Part shown: positions 16,858-24,614 of the stretch, in pieces
Layout: each line of letters starts with the position of its first letter
Numbering within the stretch: the stretch's first letter is position 1
DNA from: an uncultured Actinomycetes bacterium
Lineage (GTDB): Bacteria; Actinomycetota; Thermoleophilia; Gaiellales; Gaiellaceae
Direction of reading: 5' to 3'
Assembly: GCA_963755635.1 (NCBI GenBank)
Contig: CAVWKS010000026.1
Location: forward strand, 46,786 to 110,785
Length of the DNA stretch: 64,000 nt
Notes under the pieces: model-generated
What the model was told of the DNA's origin: nothing
The model's database searches: none
The model's input: the letters and a program-made list of their open reading frames with translations, nothing else
Made by a program: the position numbers and the translations under genes

Positions 16858-17979
16858 TCAGGCGCCCGCCGGCAAGGGTGCGTGCGGCGCAGCGGCAACG
16901 GCCGCGGCGGCGAGGACGAGGTGGAAGCCGCCGGCCCGCCGGCCGTCGAGTGCCGTAGTCGCCGCGTAGTCACGCTGACGGTCGAGCAGCTCGGCGATCG
17001 CCGCGAACGCAGGCATCTCCGGTTGGTCAGGGCCGACCTCACAGGCAAGGCGCGCCAGCTGGACGAGGCCGTCGGCCGGCCGTCCTTCGAGCATCCGCGA
17101 CAGGGCTCCCACGAGTAGCGCGAATGTGCGCTCGAGCAGCGGCGGGCGCGGCGGAGGCGGACCGGGCGGCGAGCCGCAATCCAGGGGTGGGTCTCCGGCG
17201 AGAAGACGCTCGAGCTGGCCGCCCGCGACCGACGACACCTGCGCACCCGTCAGCCCGACCTCGAGCGCGCAGCGGATCGCGACGATCGCCGCGGCGGCAG
17301 GGGTTCCGAAGGGGAGGTCGCTACCGAGCAGGATCTGTCCCGGAGGGACGAGCGAGAACAGCGCGAGGTGATCGGCGGGGTTCCACCAGGCCGTGTCGAA
17401 GTAGACGCTCGGGTGGTCGTCGAGCTCTCGCCAGATCCAGGAGAGCTCGGTGACACCGACGTGGGCAAGCACCAGCGGCGCCTGCGGGTGCCGCTCGGCG
17501 AGCGCGAGGGCGTCCCGGCCGAGCGAGGGAATGCCGAGACCCGAGTGAATCGTCACCGGCAGCCTCTGCTCGTCGGCGACGGCGAAGATCGCCGCGACGC
17601 CGGGATGCCGCAGATCGAACCGCTCCGCGCGCGGGTGCAGCTTCACTCCGCGCGCGCCCGAGGCGAGACACCGCTCGAGCTCGCCGACGGGGTCGTCGTG
17701 TGGATCGAGGCGGCAGAAGGGCACCAGCCGACCATCCGACGCGGCCGCGGCGGCGAGCACCGCGTCGTTCGCCTCTCGGTAACCGGCCTGCTCCATCAGC
17801 GGGAACACGACCCCTCGCGCGTCGGTCAAGGCCAGCGCGTCGATCAGCTCATCCGATGAGCACGTCCATCCTTCCGGATCGTTCGCACCCAGGTGCATGT
17901 GCGCGTCGAACAGGCGCAGCCCCGGCAGCTGCTCGACGAGACAGCGCAGCCACGGCAGCAAGAGCTCGTCTGCGTACAC
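16858..17979 (-). CDS. amidohydrolase-family (TIM-barrel metal-dependent hydrolase) protein with a C-terminal extension
   Basis: ORF 16858..17979. It has the FDAHMHLG metal motif, plus VKLHP and HSG further downstream. Confidence 0.75.
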   Translation of the reverse strand: MYADELLLPWLRCLVEQLPGLRLFDAHMHLGANDPEGWTCSSDELIDALALTDARGVVFPLMEQAGYREANDAVLAAAAASDGRLVPFCRLDPHDDPVGELERCLASGARGVKLHPRAERFDLRHPGVAAIFAVADEQRLPVTIHSGLGIPSLGRDALALAERHPQAPLVLAHVGVTELSWIWRELDDHPSVYFDTAWWNPADHLALFSLVPPGQILLGSDLPFGTPAAAAIVAIRCALEVGLTGAQVSSVAGGQLERLLAGDPPLDCGSPPGPPPPRPPLLERTFALLVGALSRMLEGRPADGLVQLARLACEVGPDQPEMPAFAAIAELLDRQRDYAATTALDGRRAGGFHLVLAAAAVAAAPHAPLPAGA

Positions 17980-18037
17980 GCCGCGTTCACGCTAACCGAC
18001 CATCGCGGGGCGTCGGCCAGCTTCGCTGTTTCTGGGC

Positions 18038-18881
18038 CTAGACGGTCGCCTGTCGGGACGCGGTCCTGACGCGGAGAGCACCGGGTCGGATCGCGAACCG
18101 GAGCGGCGAGTCGAGGTCGACCGCCTCGCCGTCGATTCCGGCGTGGACCGGCGCGGGGGCGTTCACCTCGAGCTCCGTTGCGGTCCAGGAGCGCCCCGGG
18201 CTGCTGCCGGGGCCGGGCGCGTCGAGCACGACGACGCCGAGCCGGCCGCTGTCGAGCGTCGGCCGGGTGCCGGGCGCACGCCCGGGCTCCGGCGAGTAAG
18301 GGTTGTTCGACACGAGCACGACCGCGGGGTCGCGATGCGGCCGGCCGCGGTCGTCGACGACCTCCAGGTCGTCTTGCGGCCGCGCTCGGCCCGAGAACGT
18401 GCGCAGCCGTCTCGAGGAGCGTGCGCGCCTTGGCGTCCCGGTAGGCCGGCTGTCGAACCGCGTCGCCGTAGACCCCGAGCGAGACGTTGTTGAGGAAGAG
18501 GCGGCCGTTCACCTCCGCGACGTCGATCCGGCGCTCGACACCGTCGCCGAACGCGTCGAGCGCGCCGATCACGTCGTGTCGATCGATCCCGAGGTCGAGC
18601 GCGAAGTGGTTGCGCGTCCCGGCCGGGATGCAGACGAACGAGAGCCCGTGCGCGACGGCCGCCGAGGCAACCACGGCGAGCGACCCGTCGCCGCCCGCGA
18701 CGCCTAGGGTGTCCGCGCCGCGCGCCACGGCGTCGGCGACGAGCGTGGCGAGGTCGTCGTCCGGCTGCAGGACGACGACCTCGATGCCGCGTTCGCGTGC
18801 CCGTTCGGCGAGGCCCGCACGCGTGGCCTTGCCGTCACCCGATCTCGGGTTGACGAACAGCACGGGCTGTCGCGGCAACAT
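18038..18881 (-). pseudogene. diacylglycerol kinase-family lipid kinase (YegS/BmrU-like) split by a frameshift near 18373-18386
   Basis: The N-terminal catalytic part is in ORF 17844..18881 (GGDGSL and the IPAGTRNHFA motif) up to ...AHVLGPS. The conserved C-terminal part, DDLEVVDDRGRPHRDPAVVLVSNNPYSP...RFAIRPGALRV, continues in the frame of ORF 18038..18319. Confidence 0.75.
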
Positions 18882-18949
18882 GGCGATTCACCCTACGCCG
18901 CAGCACTGTTTTGGGCGTGCGAGACTCGCCCGGAGGAGGCAAGTCGCAT

Positions 18950-21790
18950 ATGCAGGAGCTGCTCGAGATCCGGCTGCTCGGCCCCTTCGAGGTTCTCGTG
19001 GGCGGGGCATCTGCGGACGTGGGCGGCTCGAAGCGTCAAGCGCTACTGGCGATGCTCGCGCTCCGGAACGGCCACCTCGTCGACGTCGATGCGCTGGTCG
19101 ACGGCCTCTGGGGCGAGGAGCTCCCCAGCGCGCCGCGGAACGCGCTCCATCACCACATCGCACGGCTTCGGGCGGCGCTCGGGGACGAGTCGATCGTCGG
19201 CTTCCCCGACGGGTATGCCCTGAAGGACGCACGCGTCGACGCGGTCTCGTTCGAGGAGCTGCTCGCGGAGACGCGTGCCGCGCTGCGCGACGGCGACGTC
19301 GGTGCCGCCGCGGACACGTCTGCATCGGCGCTCGACCTCTGGCGTGGGCCCGCGCTCCAGGGCCTGCCTGCGACGACGTGGTTCACCGCCGAGACGCGGC
19401 GGCTCGAGGCGCTGCGCGTCGACGCGCTCGAGGAGCAGTTCGAGGTCGGTCTCGCGCTCGGCGAGCAGCGGGAGCTGACCCCGGCGCTCCGTTCGGCGCT
19501 CGCGGACGACCCGTTCCGGGAGCGGCTGTGGGGGCAGCTGATGCTGGCGCTCTACCGCAGCGGCAGGCAGGCGGATGCACTGGAGACGTTCCAGGAGGCG
19601 CGGCGCGTTTTCGCCGACGAGCTCGGGCTCGAGCCGGGGCCCGAGCTCCGGGGGCTGCAGGAGGCGATCCTCGCGCACGACCCCGCGATCGCCGCCGCTC
19701 CGGTCGTCCGCAGGCGCCGCGGCAATCTGCCCGCGCCTTCGACGTCGTTCGTGGGCCGCGCGGACGAGCTCGCCCAGGTCGCCGGCCTTCTGCACGAGAA
19801 CCGCCTCGTGACGCTCACCGGCCCGCCGGGGGTGGGCAAGAGCCGGCTCGCGGTCGAGGCCGCGCGTTCCCTCGAGGCCGACTTCCCGGATGGCATCTGG
19901 CTCGTCGACTTCGCGCGGGCGGGCGGCGCTGAGGATGCTGTCCGCCTCCTTGCACACGCCGTCGACGTTCGCGGCCCCGATCCGCTCGCGCACGCGACGT
20001 CACGGCTCCGCCACGCAGCGGCTCTCCTCGTTCTCGACGCGTGCGAGCACGTGCTCGAAGAAGTGGCGCGGATCGCGTCGACGGTCCTAGCGGAGTGTCC
20101 CCAGGCCCGGATCCTGGCGACGAGCCGCGAGTCGCTCCACGTCGCGAGCGAGGTGAGAGTCCCCGTGGCGCCGCTCGAGGCCGCGGCCGCCGACCTTTTC
20201 CTCGAGCGTGCGCGTGCCGCGCGACCCGGTTTCGAGCCGGACGCCGAGGCTGTCGCGCTCGCCGGCGAGATTGCCCGGCGCGTCGACGGATTGCCGCTGG
20301 CGATCGAGCTCGCCGCCGCGCGCGTGAACGTGCTCGGCCTCGCGGAGCTCGTCTCCATGCTCGAGCGGCGCGAGGTGCTCCTGCGCGATAGCCCTGCCTC
20401 GGACCCGGCCCGCACCGCGCTGCAAGGGCTCGTGGAATGGAGCTACGACCTACTGCACGGGGACGAGAAGACACTGCTCCAGCAGCTGGCCGTTCACCGC
20501 GGTGGCGCGTCCCTGCCGTCGCTCGTCTCGCTTGCGGCCAGGCACGCCCTCAACGAGGCGACGGTTGCGTATCTCGTCGCGGCGCTGGTCGACAAGTCGA
20601 TCGTCTCGGCCTCGTTCACCGGCGGCACCGCCCGCTACGACATGCTCGACACGGTCCGTGAGTACGTGCTCGAGCGTCTCGCCGAGAGCGGCGGGCTCGC
20701 CGCCACGCGGGGCGCGCACGCCGAATACTTCGCGGCACTCGCCGACGAGGCGCGCGTCGAGCTGCGCGGACCGGACTGGCTGCGCTGGGAACGCCGCCTG
20801 GAGCTGGAGAACGACAATCTCTGGGCTGCGCTGGCTTACGCTCGTGACGCGCCCGATCCTGCCGTCGCGGTTCGGCTCGGCATGGTGGGGTGGTATTTCG
20901 CGCTGGCCGACCGCGTCTCCGAGGGACGGCGCTTCCTCGAGCTCGCCCTCTCTGCCACGGACGACGACGCTCCGGTCGAATTGCGGATCGAGCAGCTCGC
21001 CAACCTCTGCTACATCGCAACCGAGGAGCTCGATCCCGGCCCCGCGCTCGAGGCCGGCGAACGCGCGGTCTCACTCGCCGGGACCGCTGCGGCGCCATGG
21101 CTGCGCGGCTTCGCGCAACTGATGCTCGCGCTCGCCCTTGGGCAATCGGGCGACGTCGAACGCGCGGCCGCGATGGCGGAGGACGCTGCAGCCGCGTTCG
21201 AGGCGGCTGAAGACGACTGGGGCATGGCAGCGAGCAGCCTCATTCGCGCAATCGGTGCGGCTCACGCCGGCGACGTCTCCACCGTCACGACAAGGGTCTC
21301 GGTCGCCCGCCGCCACGCGGACGCGGTCGGGTACGACGCCTTTCGCGCCCCGCTGCTGCTGCTCGAAGCGTGGGCGGCCGAGGGACGCGGGGAGGACGCG
21401 GCAGCGGTGGATGCGTACCGGCGCGCGTTCGAGCTCGCCGGGCGAATCGGGTTCGGCGACCACGCGGCGTTCGCTCTCGCCGGGCTCGGAGCGATCGCTC
21501 TGGCGAACGGCGACCTGCGCAAGGCCGAGGAGCTCCAGCAGCAGGCGCTTGCGACGGCCGAGGAAGCCCAGGCAACGTTCGTCGCGGCCCAGGCACGCGT
21601 CCATCTCGCTCGGATCGCCGAGGCGTCCGGAAACGCGAATGAAGCCGATCGCCTGTACCGCGAGGTGCTCGAGTGGTCGACGACGCAACGGCCGCACCAG
21701 GCGCGCGAGAGCCTCTTCGTCGCCCTCGCCGGTAACCCGGCCACGGCAGCAGAGCGCGGGCTCGCGGAGCTCGTCACCCCGCTCAGCTAG
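18950..21790 (+). CDS. SARP/AfsR-family regulator (OmpR-type wHTH + BTAD + NB-ARC ATPase + TPR)
   Basis: ATG 18950 follows GGAGGAGG, inside ORF 18911..21790. It has LEIRLLGPFEV, a BTAD region, the Walker A motif GPPGVGKS and TPR-like C-terminal repeats. Confidence 0.9.
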   Translation: MQELLEIRLLGPFEVLVGGASADVGGSKRQALLAMLALRNGHLVDVDALVDGLWGEELPSAPRNALHHHIARLRAALGDESIVGFPDGYALKDARVDAVSFEELLAETRAALRDGDVGAAADTSASALDLWRGPALQGLPATTWFTAETRRLEALRVDALEEQFEVGLALGEQRELTPALRSALADDPFRERLWGQLMLALYRSGRQADALETFQEARRVFADELGLEPGPELRGLQEAILAHDPAIAAAPVVRRRRGNLPAPSTSFVGRADELAQVAGLLHENRLVTLTGPPGVGKSRLAVEAARSLEADFPDGIWLVDFARAGGAEDAVRLLAHAVDVRGPDPLAHATSRLRHAAALLVLDACEHVLEEVARIASTVLAECPQARILATSRESLHVASEVRVPVAPLEAAAADLFLERARAARPGFEPDAEAVALAGEIARRVDGLPLAIELAAARVNVLGLAELVSMLERREVLLRDSPASDPARTALQGLVEWSYDLLHGDEKTLLQQLAVHRGGASLPSLVSLAARHALNEATVAYLVAALVDKSIVSASFTGGTARYDMLDTVREYVLERLAESGGLAATRGAHAEYFAALADEARVELRGPDWLRWERRLELENDNLWAALAYARDAPDPAVAVRLGMVGWYFALADRVSEGRRFLELALSATDDDAPVELRIEQLANLCYIATEELDPGPALEAGERAVSLAGTAAAPWLRGFAQLMLALALGQSGDVERAAAMAEDAAAAFEAAEDDWGMAASSLIRAIGAAHAGDVSTVTTRVSVARRHADAVGYDAFRAPLLLLEAWAAEGRGEDAAAVDAYRRAFELAGRIGFGDHAAFALAGLGAIALANGDLRKAEELQQQALATAEEAQATFVAAQARVHLARIAEASGNANEADRLYREVLEWSTTQRPHQARESLFVALAGNPATAAERGLAELVTPLS

Positions 21791-21793
21791 GCC

Positions 21794-21858
21794 TGGCAGA
21801 AGCACCGTCGCGCCTGGCACAGCGCTGGCATCGGCGTTCGCGAGCCTTCATCGCGTCA
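21794..21858 (+). promoter_or_regulatory. TGGCA direct-repeat promoter architecture, copy 1
   Basis: TGGCA occurs at 21794, 21815 and 21826 (spacing 21 and 11 nt). This is followed by TGGCATCG-N17-TCGCGTCA (21851-21858), 25 nt before ATG 21884. Confidence 0.45.
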
Positions 21859-21883
21859 AAGAACGGACCAAAGGAGGCTCGAC

Positions 21884-22405
21884 ATGAGCACAACCACGAT
21901 CGAGGACCAGCTTGCCGCGATCCGCCGCCGGATCGACCGGCTTCAGGCGGGTGCGCAGGCCGGCCCTCGGCGGAACGGCCGTCACATCGACGCCCTGAAC
22001 CAGGAGGAGGCAGCCGTCCGCGCAGCTGTCCGCGAGGCTCCCGACGAGGTCGAGGAGAAGCTCGGGCGGCTGGAGACGCGGCTCGACGTCGCCGAGCATT
22101 CGCTGGAGGCAGATGCCTCCGGCGACTGGGCGACCTTCGCCACGGCGGTGGAGGCGGAGCTCGCGAGTTGGGACACGTACCTCGAGCGGCTCCAGACAAG
22201 TGTCGCGGCGAAGGCGTGGAAGGCACGCGAGCAGGCCGAGGCGGCGATCGGCGACGTTCGTAGCCGCCGGATCGAGGTCGACGAGCGCCTGGCACAGGGG
22301 CGCGACACCGCCGGCGATGCCTCGGAGGACGCGCGCAAGCGGGTCACCGCGGCTCGCGACCGGCTCGAGCAGAAGGCCGACGAGCTGTCGGCGGAGATCA
22401 AGTGA
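21884..22405 (+). CDS. hypothetical coiled-coil protein
   Basis: ORF 21884..22405 is preceded by AAAGGAGG. It is helical and rich in charged residues. No family recognised. Confidence 0.6.
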   Translation: MSTTTIEDQLAAIRRRIDRLQAGAQAGPRRNGRHIDALNQEEAAVRAAVREAPDEVEEKLGRLETRLDVAEHSLEADASGDWATFATAVEAELASWDTYLERLQTSVAAKAWKAREQAEAAIGDVRSRRIEVDERLAQGRDTAGDASEDARKRVTAARDRLEQKADELSAEIK

Positions 22406-22407
22406 AA

Positions 22408-22472
22408 CGGCAGCAGGACGCGCGACCGTGGCAGCGGTTTGGCATCGACGCCCCGCAAGCTCCGTCGCGTAA
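22408..22472 (+). promoter_or_regulatory. TGGCA direct-repeat promoter architecture, copy 2
   Basis: CGGCA at 22408 and TGGCA at 22429 and 22440 have the same 21/11 spacing. This is followed by TGGCATCG-N17-TCGCGTAA (22465-22472), 28 nt before ATG 22501. Confidence 0.45.
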
Positions 22473-22500
22473 TCGAAAACCCCGGAATGGAGGTAGGGAG

Positions 22501-23130
22501 ATGGAAACCATGATTGACAGCGCCGCGAAGCTCTCGCGGACAGAGGTGAAGAAGACGCGGTGGATGCTCGGCCTGCACGGCCTGGCTTCCCTCGTCTTCG
22601 GCGTGATGATTCTCGCCTGGCCCGGCATCAGCGTCTACGCGCTCACGATCGTCTTCGGTGCCTACACGCTCGCGACGGGCGTCGTCGAGCTCGGCACCTC
22701 GTTCACCGCGCAGGGGAAGGAAGAGCGTGGCTGGCTGATCCTGAGGGGCCTCCTCGGGATCACCGTCGGCGTGCTCGTCTTCGCCTGGCCGGGGATCTCG
22801 GCGCTCGCACTCCTGTACGTCATCGGCGTGTACGCCGTCCTGCTCGGGATTCTGTTCGTCGGCGCGTCGTTCGAGCTGCCGCTGGACGGCCGCGACTCGG
22901 CAATGGTGGGCCTCACGGGCCTGGTCGCGATCGTCTTCGGGACCGTGATCTTCGCCAAGCCGGGCGCAGGCGCGCTCGAAGTGCTCGCACTGATCGCGGC
23001 GTTCGGGCTCGTCACCGGGATCAGCGAGCTCGTCGTCGCGATCGGCGGCGAGAAGCTGCTCGAGCGGAAGGCGAAGAGATTCGCCCCGGCTCGCCGGTCG
23101 CCGAAGACGACTCCCCAGCCGTCGCATTGA
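22501..23130 (+). CDS. HdeD-family (DUF308 repeat) membrane protein
   Basis: This is the in-frame ATG of ORF 22402..23130, after GGAGG. It has repeated GxxxLxxGxxxIxxP-type helices (ILAWPGIS, VFAWPGIS, IFAKPGAG). Confidence 0.8.
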   Translation: METMIDSAAKLSRTEVKKTRWMLGLHGLASLVFGVMILAWPGISVYALTIVFGAYTLATGVVELGTSFTAQGKEERGWLILRGLLGITVGVLVFAWPGISALALLYVIGVYAVLLGILFVGASFELPLDGRDSAMVGLTGLVAIVFGTVIFAKPGAGALEVLALIAAFGLVTGISELVVAIGGEKLLERKAKRFAPARRSPKTTPQPSH

Positions 23131-23158
23131 CGCTCGACCTGCACGACCGCACGTTCTC

Positions 23159-23185
23159 GGAGCCGGCGACCAGGTCGCCGGCTCC
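23159..23185 (+). terminator. strong hairpin between the hdeD-like and yceI-like genes
   Basis: GGAGCCGGCGAC - cag - GTCGCCGGCTCC, a 12-bp perfect stem 29 nt after the stop at 23130. Confidence 0.5.
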
Positions 23186-23216
23186 GCGTGGCGGGACTAC
23201 TCGAAAGGAGATTGAA

Positions 23217-23747
23217 ATGACTACGACAGCAATCGAACGGACGACCGTAGCGCCGACTCGCTGGTCGATCGACCGTGACGGCTCGTCGGTCGGCTTCACC
23301 GTCAAATCGATGTGGGGCCTGATTCCGGTTCGCGGCCGCTTCGACCGGTTCGCCGGCTCGTACGAGGCCGGGCCGAACGGGACGACGATCGAGCTGACGA
23401 TCGACGCAGACAGCATCGACACGGGCAACGCGCGGCGCGACGAGCATCTGCGCTCCTTCGACTTCTTCGACATCGAAGACCATGCGCAGGTGCGCTTTCG
23501 GTCCACGCGGGTCTACTCGTTCGGCGACCGGATGCTGCACGTCGTGGGGAACCTCGAGGTGGCCGGCATCGTCGAGCCGCTCGAATTCGCCGCGACGGTG
23601 GACCCTGTCGGCGACGACGCTCTCGCGATCGAAACGACGACGACTGTCGATCCGCGGCGGTTCGGCATGAGCAGCGGCCTGCTCGGGATGATCCGCCCGC
23701 CCGCGACGCTGCATGTCAAGGCGTTGCTGAAGCGCCCGGCACGCTGA
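23217..23747 (+). CDS. YceI-family polyisoprenoid-binding-like protein
   Basis: ATG 23217 follows AAAGGAG. The motifs SSVGFTVK, VRGRF and NARRDEHLRS..FFD are typical of YceI. Confidence 0.85.
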   Translation: MTTTAIERTTVAPTRWSIDRDGSSVGFTVKSMWGLIPVRGRFDRFAGSYEAGPNGTTIELTIDADSIDTGNARRDEHLRSFDFFDIEDHAQVRFRSTRVYSFGDRMLHVVGNLEVAGIVEPLEFAATVDPVGDDALAIETTTTVDPRRFGMSSGLLGMIRPPATLHVKALLKRPAR

Positions 23748-23758
23748 TGAGACGGAAA

Positions 23759-23784
23759 GGAGCGGCGGGCGCACCCGCCGCTCC
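23759..23784. terminator. bidirectional GC-rich hairpin between convergent genes
   Basis: GGAGCGGCGGG - cgca - CCCGCCGCTCC, an 11-bp perfect stem between the stops at 23747 (+) and 23796 (-). Confidence 0.6.
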
Positions 23785-23795
23785 TCACACCGGGA

Positions 23796-24320
23796 CTAGA
23801 AGTTGCAGTTTCCCGGGTCCGGTGCGTCGATCCGCCGCGTGGCGCCGGCTGGGATCAACTGCACCGCGACGGTCCTCGCAACCGCGCCCGATTCGTCGCG
23901 GATGATGTGGACATGGCCGTCGCCTGGATCGATGAACGCGTTGTTCGGCGTGTTCGCCGTGTAGACGTGCGGCGTGCAGGTCGGATCGTCGCCGTCGTAG
24001 GCGGTCACCGTGCCCTGCGTGACGATCACGAAGCTCGGCCCCGGATGCGTGTGCCAGCCGGTGGTCGGGATGCACCCGCCGCACGAGGCCGGGTCCCACG
24101 TGTTCTGCTGGACGTAGAGGTCCGAGTCGCCCTTCGTCTTGATGAGCTCATCCCAGGAAGCGGGGATGGTGTGGACGTGGGAGTAGATGTCTCCGTACGT
24201 CGCCCTCGCCAACGTCGTGCCGGTGAACCCCTGCGCCGACGTTGCCAGGACGGTGCCGGCGTAGAAGGTCGTCGCGAGCGCGGCGGCGAGCACGAGAGCC
24301 CAAACCCATTTCGATTTCAC
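23796..24320 (-). CDS. secreted cupin-like protein (signal peptide, 6 Cys)
   Basis: ORF 23796..24320. It has the signal peptide MKSKWVWALVLAAALATTFYAG and a GWHTHPGPSFVIVTQG cupin motif. Its GTG start overlaps the upstream stop (GTGA). Confidence 0.7.
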   Translation of the reverse strand: MKSKWVWALVLAAALATTFYAGTVLATSAQGFTGTTLARATYGDIYSHVHTIPASWDELIKTKGDSDLYVQQNTWDPASCGGCIPTTGWHTHPGPSFVIVTQGTVTAYDGDDPTCTPHVYTANTPNNAFIDPGDGHVHIIRDESGAVARTVAVQLIPAGATRRIDAPDPGNCNF

Positions 24321-24577
24321 TGCTGCTCCTTTCCGAACGAGACCGCCTCGACGACGCGAAGCGGATCGAGGCCTGCGCGCTCCGCTGCCAGAGCAGCGTC
24401 GCGAGCCGCGGGTGCTTCGAAGACGTAGAAGCAGATCTCGTCCTCGGGGACGTGGATCGCGCGGTCGAAGCGGACACGCGTCAGCTCCTGCGCTGCCGAG
24501 CGCGCCCGTCGTTCTCGGGCGGAATGCTCTCCCGCCTCGCCCTTAGCCAGGTAGGTCTCGACGAGGTAGCTCGGCAT
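24317..24577 (-). CDS. small conserved-looking hypothetical protein (86 aa)
   Basis: ORF 24317..24577 has coding-like composition and is translationally coupled to the cupin gene. Confidence 0.5.
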   Translation of the reverse strand: MPSYLVETYLAKGEAGEHSARERRARSAAQELTRVRFDRAIHVPEDEICFYVFEAPAARDAALAAERAGLDPLRVVEAVSFGKEQQ

Positions 24578-24614
24578 GCGTCGAAGCTACGGAGCCGGAG
24601 CCACGTAGGAAACG

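Noticed and set aside
21812-21831. A sigma-54 promoter reading of TGGCAC-agcgc-TGGCAT, and of the similar TGGCAG-cggtt-TGGCAT at 22429-22445.
   Set aside because: The GG/GC spacing fits the -24/-12 format. However, the -12 element is TGGC instead of TTGC in both copies, and a third repeat 21 nt upstream fits a direct-repeat activator site better. No enhancer-binding protein gene is nearby, and RpoN is, to my knowledge, generally absent from this phylum. It is kept only as an alternative to test.
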